From NCBI GenBank assembly GCA_963699755.1, contig CAVOVB010000006.1, positions 32,001-96,000 of the forward strand: a DNA stretch of 64,000 nt, written 5' to 3'. Source of the stretch: an uncultured delta proteobacterium (GTDB taxonomy: Bacteria > Myxococcota_A > Polyangia > Polyangiales > Houyiibacteriaceae). Shown here in pieces: positions 9,253 through 17,316 of this stretch. Position 1 is the first letter of the stretch. Each line of letters opens with the position of its first letter. Under the pieces are notes generated by a model that saw only the letters and a list, made by a program, of their open reading frames with translations, had not been told where the DNA came from and ran no database searches. Position numbers and translations under genes: made by a program.

Positions 9253-10611
9253 TCAGGCGGCCTCGTCGCCCCTCTCGGCGCCCAGCTTGCGATAAATCGT
9301 GCGCGCTGAAATCCCGAGGAGTTGGGCGGCGAGCTGTTTGTCTCCCGATGTGTGTTTCAGCGTGCCGTGGATCACGCGGCGCTCGACCTCGCTGAGCGGG
9401 GTCCCGACCAGGAAAGTGAAGGTATCGAACTGGGGCTCGGCGCGCGCGACCGGGTCGGGAAGATCGGCGAGCTTGATGACCCCGCTCTTGTTCAAAACCA
9501 CTGCGCGCTCGATGACATTTTGAAGCTCTCGAACGTTCCCCGGCCAATCGTATGCGACGAGCTGCGCGAGCGCATCGCGGTCGACCGCCAACGGCTCTTT
9601 GTCGTTCTTCGCGCAGTAGGTTGCGACGAAGTGCTCGGTAAGCAGTGGAATGTCGTCGCGTCGCGCGCGCAGTGGCGGACTGGTTAGCGCGATGACGTTG
9701 AGCCGGTAGTACAAGTCTTCGCGGAATTCCCCGGCTTCGACCGCTGCATGAAGGTCGCGATTCGTCGCTGCGATCAGACGGAAGTTCGCCTTTTTGGTCT
9801 GACCGCCGACGGGTTGATACTCGCCTTCCTGGAGCACGCGGAGCAGTTTCACTTGCACCGCCGCCGACAGCTCACCGATCTCATCGAGGAATAGCGTGCC
9901 GCCTTCAGCCTCCGCGATGCGGCCTCCGCGTCGCGCTATCGCGCCCGTGAAGGCCCCTTTTTCGTGGCCAAAAAGCTCCGACTCCACGATCGTTTCGGGG
10001 AGCGCGGAGAGGTTTACGCCTACGAACTGTTTCCTGCCGCTCCGCTCGTGAATATGCCGCGCGAGAAGCTCCTTTCCGGTCCCGCTCTCTCCGAGGATCA
10101 GCACATTGGCGGATGAAGGCGCGGCTTGCGTAGCGATCTCGAGCGCGCTTCGAAGTGACGCAGCGGAGCCGACGATGCTTCGATCGCTGAGTTGCGAAAG
10201 TTGTTGCCGAAGGTCTTTGTTCTCGACGACCAGCTGGTGCCGCTCGGCCGCCTTGCGAACCGTCTTGACCATCTGCAACCGCTTTAAGGGCTTCTCAACG
10301 AAATCGTATGCGCCCGCGCGCATGGCTTCGACTGCCTTTTCGACCGTTCCGAAAGCGGTCATCAAGACGACCTCCGCGTCCGGGACGATCGTCTTCAAAG
10401 CCTTGACCAACTCGATGCCGTTCATCCCTGGCATCATCAGGTCGCTGACCACAACGTGCACCTGCTGTTGACGGCACAGCTCGAGCGCCTTCTTCCCGCT
10501 CGTCGCCGTGAGCACGCTGAAGCCCTCCCGTTCGAAGATGCGCCGGAGGGAGTCGATGTTGGGTGCTTCGTCATCGACGACGAGAACTGAGATTTCGGTC
10601 GAATCGGTCAT
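9253..10611 (-). CDS. Sigma-54-dependent response regulator (NtrC/AtoC/PilR family)
   Basis: Receiver domain (VVDDE, DLMMP), GESGTGKE, GAFTGA, Fis-type HTH; start at ATG 10611 (MTDSTEISV). Confidence 0.92.
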   Translation of the reverse strand: MTDSTEISVLVVDDEAPNIDSLRRIFEREGFSVLTATSGKKALELCRQQQVHVVVSDLMMPGMNGIELVKALKTIVPDAEVVLMTAFGTVEKAVEAMRAGAYDFVEKPLKRLQMVKTVRKAAERHQLVVENKDLRQQLSQLSDRSIVGSAASLRSALEIATQAAPSSANVLILGESGTGKELLARHIHERSGRKQFVGVNLSALPETIVESELFGHEKGAFTGAIARRGGRIAEAEGGTLFLDEIGELSAAVQVKLLRVLQEGEYQPVGGQTKKANFRLIAATNRDLHAAVEAGEFREDLYYRLNVIALTSPPLRARRDDIPLLTEHFVATYCAKNDKEPLAVDRDALAQLVAYDWPGNVRELQNVIERAVVLNKSGVIKLADLPDPVARAEPQFDTFTFLVGTPLSEVERRVIHGTLKHTSGDKQLAAQLLGISARTIYRKLGAERGDEAA

Positions 10612-10773
10612 TTGAGACTCTCTGGCAGCCAGTATTGACATTGTGGCAGACGATGACAAGTCGTCCAGAACATGTGACACCATATAACCATTTGTAATCA
10701 CTTTGGTTTTCTCCCTAGAAGCCGGGGACGAAGCCCGTTCAGACCTGGAGAGCCCTGCAATCAGTGGGCCAGC

Positions 10774-11799
10774 TCAGAAAAGGAGCGGCAGCTGCGGGCC
10801 CTTGCTCAGCTCCCCTCGTGGCGCAGGCCCAGCCGCCTCTCCGACGAGATCCGCGAGCCCTAGTCGCGCGCAGTGCAGGGAAAACAAGCGCTCGATCATC
10901 GCCCAACGCGGACCGTCGCCGACCATGCGCGAGCCGAAGCGCGAGTCGTTCTTGCGACCCCCGCGCACGTCCCGAAGGGCGCTCATGACCTTTACCCGCC
11001 GAAGTGGAAAGGCTTCCGATAGCCGTGCCTCGAAGATCGGACCGACCTCGAGCGGGAGCCTCAGTAGAATCTTGAACGCGCTGGATGCACCCGCGTCTCG
11101 CGCACGCGTTAGGATCTCTGGAATCTGATCGTCGTTCAGACCGGGAATGATGGGCGCGACCGCCACGGCTGTCTCAATCCCCGCATTCGCAAGTACGTGC
11201 AGTGTTTCGAAACGTTTGCTTGGCGGGCTCGCGAATGGCTCGATCGCCCGCGCTTGCTCGTCGTTTGCAAAAGGAATGCTAAGTGCGACGCGACAAGCCG
11301 ACTTGCGCTGGAGGTCTTGGAGCAAGTCGATATCGCGCCGCACGAGCTTGCCCTTCGTGATGATCATCACCGGCGTTTCATGCTCTGCACATACTTCGAG
11401 GCATCCACGGGTTAGCTGGTAGTGCGCTTCGATTGGCTGGTAGCAGTCCGTGTTTCCAGAAAAGGCGATCAGCTCGCGCCGCCAGGAGCTCTTTCGAAGC
11501 GCTGCGCGCAGTCGTTCGACGATGTCGACCTTCACGACGATCTGGCGCTCAAAGTCGGTGCCTGCACCAAAGCCGAGATAGGGATGCGTCGGGCGAGCAT
11601 AGCAATACGCGCAGCCGTGAAAGCAGCCGCGGTAAGGGTTCACGCTCCAACGAAAGCCAACATCGGGGCTGCTATTCTGGGAGAGCGCACTCTTGGTCCT
11701 TTCTTCATGAACGCAGAGATCCGCCGGCGGAGCATCGCCTTCCCAGTCGACATGGGCTTGTTGAAAACGGTTGGGAGGATTGAAGCGGGGGTAAGGCAC
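10774..11799 (-). CDS. Radical SAM protein, PA0069/Rv2578c (SplB-like) family
   Basis: NPYRGCFHGCAYCYARPTH (CxxxCxxC), GNTDCYQPIE, APIIPGLND. Start reassigned to GTG 11799 just downstream of a promoter. Confidence 0.88.
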   Translation of the reverse strand: MPYPRFNPPNRFQQAHVDWEGDAPPADLCVHEERTKSALSQNSSPDVGFRWSVNPYRGCFHGCAYCYARPTHPYLGFGAGTDFERQIVVKVDIVERLRAALRKSSWRRELIAFSGNTDCYQPIEAHYQLTRGCLEVCAEHETPVMIITKGKLVRRDIDLLQDLQRKSACRVALSIPFANDEQARAIEPFASPPSKRFETLHVLANAGIETAVAVAPIIPGLNDDQIPEILTRARDAGASSAFKILLRLPLEVGPIFEARLSEAFPLRRVKVMSALRDVRGGRKNDSRFGSRMVGDGPRWAMIERLFSLHCARLGLADLVGEAAGPAPRGELSKGPQLPLLF

Positions 11800-11839
11800 T
11801 GAACGGGCGTATAGTATCTTGCTATGCAAGCCCAGACAA
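11798..11839 (-). promoter_or_regulatory. Sigma-70 promoter overlapped by a Myxococcus-type LexA (SOS) box
   Basis: TTGTCT(11839-11834)-N17-TACTAT(11816-11811). CTATACGCCCGTTCAGT (11814-11798) matches the M. xanthus LexA consensus CTRHAMRYBYGTTCAGS at 16/17. Confidence 0.7.
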
Positions 11840-11960
11840 GCGGAGAGCGCCTTGCGACAGGCGTGCCCGGTCGTGGGGCCTGCTCGCCACCTTGGCGCGC
11901 CCCGAGATGCAGGTCGCCGATCGCGAGGTGATGCAACGGCGAGCGCAAGGGGCCAGTCGG

Positions 11961-12713
11961 CTACAAGCCGCTGGACTTGAGGCTCTGGTTTTGTTCCTCG
12001 GTCAGCGGGAGGTGGAGCCCGCACTCCCTGGTTTTGCCCAGGATGCGACCGTCGCGGGGGTCCATCTCCGCGGTCGTCGGAATCGTGGAATGGTGGTCGC
12101 CGATGGAGCGGTACCCTTGTTCGAACATCGGATGGTAGGGAAGGTCATGGCGCTCCATGTAGGTCGCCATCTCTTCGCCAGTCCAGTGCAAGACGGGGTG
12201 GAGCTTGATCTTGCCGTCTTGCCGGTCGATTCGCCGAAGCCCTGCGCGATGTTCCGTTTGTTCTGAACGCAAACCCGCCATCCAAGCCTCCGCACCAAGC
12301 TCACGAATTGCCCTCTGCATCGGTTCGACTTTGTTGATTTGCAGGTAGCGTTTCACTCCGTCCTCTCCCTGTTCCCAGAGCTTCCCGAACAATGCCTCCT
12401 GGCGAGCAGGAGACATCCGCGCGGAGTAGAAGCGCACGTCGAGCTCGAAGCGTTTGATCAGCGCATCTGCGAATTGATAGGTTTCTGGAAAGAGGTAACC
12501 GGTGTCGACGCAGATGATCGGAGTACGCGGCGCCACCCGATGCACGAGATGGAGCATGACTGAGGAGGTCGCACCGAAGCTGGTCGACGCGATCAGCTTC
12601 TCGCCAAAGCGTTTCGAAGCCCAGTCGATGAGCTCTTCAGCACTCGAGGCTCCGACTGCCCGATTTTCTTCATCGAGGTCGGAATCAACTGGGGCGATGT
12701 AGGCAGCTTCCAT
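11961..12713 (-). CDS. cysH: Phosphoadenylyl-sulfate (PAPS) reductase, Fe-S-independent type
   Basis: STSFG, DTGYLFPETY, GYRSIGD, ECGLH; the CC...CxxC cluster ligands of APS reductases are absent. Start uncertain (12713 or 12755). Confidence 0.9.
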   Translation of the reverse strand: MEAAYIAPVDSDLDEENRAVGASSAEELIDWASKRFGEKLIASTSFGATSSVMLHLVHRVAPRTPIICVDTGYLFPETYQFADALIKRFELDVRFYSARMSPARQEALFGKLWEQGEDGVKRYLQINKVEPMQRAIRELGAEAWMAGLRSEQTEHRAGLRRIDRQDGKIKLHPVLHWTGEEMATYMERHDLPYHPMFEQGYRSIGDHHSTIPTTAEMDPRDGRILGKTRECGLHLPLTEEQNQSLKSSGL

Positions 12714-12857
12714 CGTGGCTCGGAGTAACTTGACAAGTTTGCTGCGCTTTTGCAATGCGTCCAGCCCAAGCAGGGTAGACTAGCCCCCAAAGCCCGAAGA
12801 AAACAGCATTTTCGGCAGACCTCCACACGATAAATTGCCGACTAATACAGTAAACAA

Positions 12858-14189
12858 CTATCTCAGTGTGACGAATTCCTCGGCTGCACTCGGGTGAATC
12901 CCAATCGTCGCGTCGAACTGGGCCTTTGTCGCACCCGCCTTCATGGCCACTGCCAGCCCCTGGATGATCTCCGCAGCGCCGTGGCCTGCCATGTGACAGC
13001 CCACTACCCGATCATCGGAGGCGTCCACGACGAGCTTCATGATGGTGTGTTCTTTTCGTTCGCTCAGCGCGAGCTTCAAGGGGGTGAAGACCGACTTGTA
13101 GACGCGCACATCCTGGCAGCGGTGCCAGGCCTCGGCTTCGGTGAGGCCCACGGTTGCGAGCTCCGGTTGACAGAAAACCGCCGTCGGAATGTTGGCGTAG
13201 TCAATCCGGTGATCCCCACGACCGAAGAAATGGTGTGCGAAGTGCATGCCTTCAGCCACTGCGACAGGAGTGAGTTGGATGTGATCGATTACGTCGCCGA
13301 CGGCGTGAATCGAACGCACAGAGCTGCTGTAGTTGTCGTCGACTACGATTCCCCCGCGCTGACCGAGCTCCACGCCGAGCTCCTCGAGTCCGAGGCCTTC
13401 GATGTTCGGCTCGCGTCCGATTGCAAACAGTGGAAAGTCCGTCTCTAGGACTTCGCCACTATCGAGCTCTGCCGCGAATGCAGAGGCCGTCTTCCGCAGC
13501 TCTTTCACCTGCGTCTCAAGCATAATCCGCATCCCCTTACACTCGAGCTCGTCGTGAAGGTGGCACCGAAGATCATGATCGAATCCTCGTAGGATCTCCT
13601 CGCCGCGATGGACCAGGGTCACTTCGACCCCCAGCGCACAGAGCATCGAGCCCAGCTCGAGGGCGATGTAGCCCGCTCCCACGATCATCATTCGCTTCGG
13701 CAGCGTCTCGAGTGAGAACACGGCGTTGGACGTGCGCGCGTATTCTCGCCCAGGTATCTTCGGCACGATAGCCCTACCGCCCGAAGCAATAAGAATCCTC
13801 TTGGCGGAGTATCTCGCATGGCCGATCTCGACAGTATGGGCATCCAGTAGTCGAGCACGTCCCCGGATGATTTCGACTCCAACGCGCTCGAGAAGGTCTC
13901 GATAAATCCCGTTCAGGCGGGCGATCTCGCGGTCCTTGTTCCTTTTGAGCGTTGCCCAATCGAATTTCCGCTGTGTTGACCATCCATAGCCCCTGGCGTC
14001 GTCGAGGTCGTAAGCGAAATGAGAGCCGTACACGAAAAGCTTCTTGGGGATGCAGCCAACGTTGACGCAGGTGCCACCGATGCGATCCGTCTCTGCGACA
14101 GCGACTCTGGCGCCGAGCTCGCTCGCCACCCGAGCCGCCCTCACGCCACCCGAGCCCGCTCCGACGACGAAGAGGTCATATTCAGTCAT
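12858..14189 (-). CDS. gor: Glutathione-disulfide reductase
   Basis: GAGSGG, GGTCVNVGCIPKK redox disulfide, GAGYIA, C-terminal HPSAAEE. Confidence 0.9.
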   Translation of the reverse strand: MTEYDLFVVGAGSGGVRAARVASELGARVAVAETDRIGGTCVNVGCIPKKLFVYGSHFAYDLDDARGYGWSTQRKFDWATLKRNKDREIARLNGIYRDLLERVGVEIIRGRARLLDAHTVEIGHARYSAKRILIASGGRAIVPKIPGREYARTSNAVFSLETLPKRMMIVGAGYIALELGSMLCALGVEVTLVHRGEEILRGFDHDLRCHLHDELECKGMRIMLETQVKELRKTASAFAAELDSGEVLETDFPLFAIGREPNIEGLGLEELGVELGQRGGIVVDDNYSSSVRSIHAVGDVIDHIQLTPVAVAEGMHFAHHFFGRGDHRIDYANIPTAVFCQPELATVGLTEAEAWHRCQDVRVYKSVFTPLKLALSERKEHTIMKLVVDASDDRVVGCHMAGHGAAEIIQGLAVAMKAGATKAQFDATIGIHPSAAEEFVTLR

Positions 14190-14211
14190 GGACACTCACG
14201 TACGGCGGACG

Positions 14212-14877
14212 CTACCAGCTTGCAAATTCGCGAAGGGCTGCTGCCGCCGAAAGCTCCGTGCAGCCGCCTTGGAGAAGGCTCATTGCACCCTCCTCGGAGA
14301 CGCCCACGTAGATCTCGCGTGAGTCGGCGGCGACGAGGAGGATGAGCCTCTCGTCGACCCCGGCCTTGGCCAGAAGAACATTGAGGGCACGAACCAAAGC
14401 CCGTACCGCAACCGTGCCCTCTTCGGCGCCCTCGTCGTCTTCGTCCGTCACCGCGCTAAAGTGCTCTCCGGCGCGCAGGACCAACGGTCCGTCGTCCGCT
14501 CCAATTCGCTGAAGCTCCACGGGTGCGACTTCGGGATTGAGGCTAGCCAAGGAAGCCACCATCTGATGTGCGTTCACCGAAAAGCACTCGTTGTGCATGA
14601 AAAATCGGTCGCCCGCTCGGCGGCGCAACGCCGTGCTGGTATCGTCGTTTCCTCGATAGTAGAGTTCGAGGATGTCCATTCTGCGGGAGTCGATTGTCGA
14701 ATCCTCGAGGCTCGAGGCGATCGCCGAGAGCTGCTCTGCGTCGAGCTCGTAGGCGAGGCCCACGGAGTTGAGAAGGCGCACGAAATCCTCGTCACGCTTG
14801 GAGCAGCGCGTGCCCTGTGCCTGAGGATGCGGACCCCCGCTCGGCGGATGGACCGACTCTTTCAGCGACGCTGTCAT
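14212..14877 (-). CDS. Hypothetical protein
   Basis: 221-aa ORF with GAAGGGGG SD, co-oriented with gor; no family recognised. Confidence 0.6.
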   Translation of the reverse strand: MTASLKESVHPPSGGPHPQAQGTRCSKRDEDFVRLLNSVGLAYELDAEQLSAIASSLEDSTIDSRRMDILELYYRGNDDTSTALRRRAGDRFFMHNECFSVNAHQMVASLASLNPEVAPVELQRIGADDGPLVLRAGEHFSAVTDEDDEGAEEGTVAVRALVRALNVLLAKAGVDERLILLVAADSREIYVGVSEEGAMSLLQGGCTELSAAAALREFASW

Positions 14878-15072
14878 GACCCCCTTCGCAATTCAGTGTT
14901 CAACAAATGACGAAAAAGGTCGAACCTGCGGCAGAATCGGCCCCCCAGATGGGCGAAAGCTCTGTATTTTCCTCGATTCTCGTCCCCAAAACCGGACAGC
15001 TGGTCGCCGGATCGGGCGGGAATTCATCGTCGCCAAAGAGCTCGGCACCCGGCGCACCGAGCGGGGAGGTGA

Positions 15073-15549
15073 CTATCGGATTGTCCGGTGTCCATGGATG
15101 CCCACGATTCTCGTCGTGTCGACACGCAGCGAAAGCAGGAGCGTGAAGAGTCGGCGTGAAGTCTCCAAATCGAAACCGAAGTCTCGGAGCTCCCGCTTCA
15201 GGACTCGACCAGCGCGGTCGTGCGTCACCTTTTTCGCCATGTCCAGCGCCTCCATTTGATTGAGCCCGTCCGCTTCGGCGATTTGACGGACAATATCGAT
15301 GTATTCGCGGATGTGCTCGGACAAGAGCTCGTGCGGAATCGTGACCGTCCCGAGGACCTGACCGTCTTCGGTCTGGAAATCCAACACGAATCGCTGCTCC
15401 GTGACGCTCAGGTGAAGGCTCGCGAGCTCTTCGATTTGGCTCTTGGGCCTCGAAAGAAGCTCCCGAATGATAGCCTCCCACTCGACGCGCTGGGCTTCGG
15501 AGCCGCGCTGCAGGGTGCGCTCATCAATGAGCACCGCATGGAGGGACAT
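15073..15549 (-). CDS. UPF0262 family protein
   Basis: MEALDMAKKVTHD...DLETSRRLFTL resembles the UPF0262 C-terminal signature. Confidence 0.75.
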   Translation of the reverse strand: MSLHAVLIDERTLQRGSEAQRVEWEAIIRELLSRPKSQIEELASLHLSVTEQRFVLDFQTEDGQVLGTVTIPHELLSEHIREYIDIVRQIAEADGLNQMEALDMAKKVTHDRAGRVLKRELRDFGFDLETSRRLFTLLLSLRVDTTRIVGIHGHRTIR

Positions 15550-15613
15550 GCGCCGACCATATCAGTTTCGACTGCCTCTGCATCTCCCATCGCTTGGCTG
15601 CTATGGTCCACTG

Positions 15614-16669
15614 GTGGCACCGGATTTGAGCGAGCGCAGGCACGAGATCGTCTACCGCTGGGACCTGGATAAGACGTACCTTCGGACGGAGTTCGACACG
15701 TTCCGCGACCTCGTTCGCACGGCGTTCGAGCCGGCTTCCCACAAGCGCGCTTATCCGGGCGCGAGCACGCTTTTGCGCGAGATCCGCGCTACCGATCCGG
15801 CGGCTATCTTCATTTTGTCAGGGAGCCCCGAGCAGATGCGCAGTGTTCTCGAGGCCAAGCTCCGGCTCGATGGAATTCGCTGGGATGGTTTCACCCTGAA
15901 GCCGAGCCTGCGGAATCTGGTCCGCGGCAAGTTTCGATTCTTGCGCGATCAGCTGAGCTACAAGCTCACCGCGCTCCTTCGCTCCCGCACCAACGTCTCA
16001 CCCGAGACCGATGAGATCCTATTTGGCGACGACGCAGAGGGAGACGCGTTCATCTATTCGCTCTACGCCGACATCGTAGCCGGCCGCGTAAGCCAGGAGC
16101 TGCTCATGAAGATCGCCGAGGCTGCGGAGGTGTATCCAGAGGACATCCCCGAGCTCGTCCGCATTGCCGCCCGGGTTCCTCGAGGTGACACGGTTCGGCG
16201 GATTTTCATCCACCTCGAGCGCGTCTCTTCGACCGCAGGGTTCGGTGATTTCGGGCGTCGAGTCTGTCCGTTCTACAACTACTTTCAGCCTGCGCTGGTG
16301 TTGCTCGAAGATGGCGCGCTCGATGCCCCGGCCGTGCTGCGGGTCGGTGCCGATCTGGTCGTCGCCCATACGTTCAATCCGGAGGTGCTCGTCGCCAGCT
16401 TCGATGACCTTCGTAGACGGGGCTATCTGAGCAAGAACGTCGTCGACCGAATGTCCGAGATCTCCGATAGCATCCAGGCCTCCACCTTTGGTCAAGCGTC
16501 GGGGCCGCTCCAGTTGCTCGTTCGTGCGATGGGCGCGGCGCGCTCCGATCTACCCGATCAAGTCGAGGCAGGCATCGTCAAGGAGGACTATCTCACGCTC
16601 TTCGCCAAGGACCGATCCCGAGCCAAGGCCGCCAAGCGTCGCGCGCTCTGGACCCGCGAAAGCTCATAG
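15614..16669 (+). CDS. HAD-like phosphatase-domain protein (App1/DUF2183-like)
   Basis: WDLDKT (DxDxT), ILSGSP, YK and LFGDDAEGD motifs. Start at GTG 15614, 6 nt after TGcTATGGT. Confidence 0.65.
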   Translation: MAPDLSERRHEIVYRWDLDKTYLRTEFDTFRDLVRTAFEPASHKRAYPGASTLLREIRATDPAAIFILSGSPEQMRSVLEAKLRLDGIRWDGFTLKPSLRNLVRGKFRFLRDQLSYKLTALLRSRTNVSPETDEILFGDDAEGDAFIYSLYADIVAGRVSQELLMKIAEAAEVYPEDIPELVRIAARVPRGDTVRRIFIHLERVSSTAGFGDFGRRVCPFYNYFQPALVLLEDGALDAPAVLRVGADLVVAHTFNPEVLVASFDDLRRRGYLSKNVVDRMSEISDSIQASTFGQASGPLQLLVRAMGAARSDLPDQVEAGIVKEDYLTLFAKDRSRAKAAKRRALWTRESS

Positions 16670-16689
16670 CCGGCAGCGCGACTTGCTGC

Positions 16690-17316
16690 TCAGCTGAGCA
16701 TCTCGAGCGCGTCTGCCGCCAGCTCGCCCAGCGTCGTCTTGGTTTCGTCCTCGAAGTCTTCGATGGTCACGACTCGTGGATCGTCCAGGAAGCGTTCGAG
16801 GTCGGAGATCGATTCTGGGTCTTGCAGCTGCGCAAGGGCCTCGATGGCCGCCGCGACGACGTCCGCGTTCGGCTGATCGAGAAAGCGACGAATCAAGGCC
16901 AAGGCGCTGGGCTCAGCGATTTCCGCGAGAACCCAGGGAAGCTCTGACATGGCGGGCCCGTCGGCATTGCGGTCGAGGGCGCGCTCGATGCCACGGGCAA
17001 CCTCGGCATATCGCTCGTACCCTAGGTCTCTCAGGGCTTCGCCTGCCGCAACGCGGACCCTCGGCTCCCCGTCGTTCAAGATGGCGATTAGAGCGTCCGT
17101 CATTCGGGGACCGGGCACCTGCGCGCAGAGGTCGGCCAGGCGTTCGAGCCGCATGGCGCCTTCTTTGCGGTCCTCCATTCCGAGTGCCCGCTCGGTCTCA
17201 CGTTCGAGCAGTGCGACGAGATTCTCGGAGTCCTTGTTCCGAAGCAATTTGATCTCCGCCTCCCGTAGCGCTCGGTCGGCATCGAATATCCGCTGAATCT
17301 CATGGAGAAGTGACAT
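16690..17316 (-). CDS. HEAT-repeat protein
   Basis: Repeated VRVAAGEAL / VVAAAIEALAQL HEAT-like helices; start overlaps the mfd stop. Confidence 0.7.
   Translation of the reverse strand: MSLLHEIQRIFDADRALREAEIKLLRNKDSENLVALLERETERALGMEDRKEGAMRLERLADLCAQVPGPRMTDALIAILNDGEPRVRVAAGEALRDLGYERYAEVARGIERALDRNADGPAMSELPWVLAEIAEPSALALIRRFLDQPNADVVAAAIEALAQLQDPESISDLERFLDDPRVVTIEDFEDETKTTLGELAADALEMLS

Noticed and set aside
11961..12713. PAPS-reductase domain as DndC (DNA phosphorothioation)
   Set aside because: It is a short protein with the CysH ECGLH terminus, and no dnd or ssp genes are nearby.
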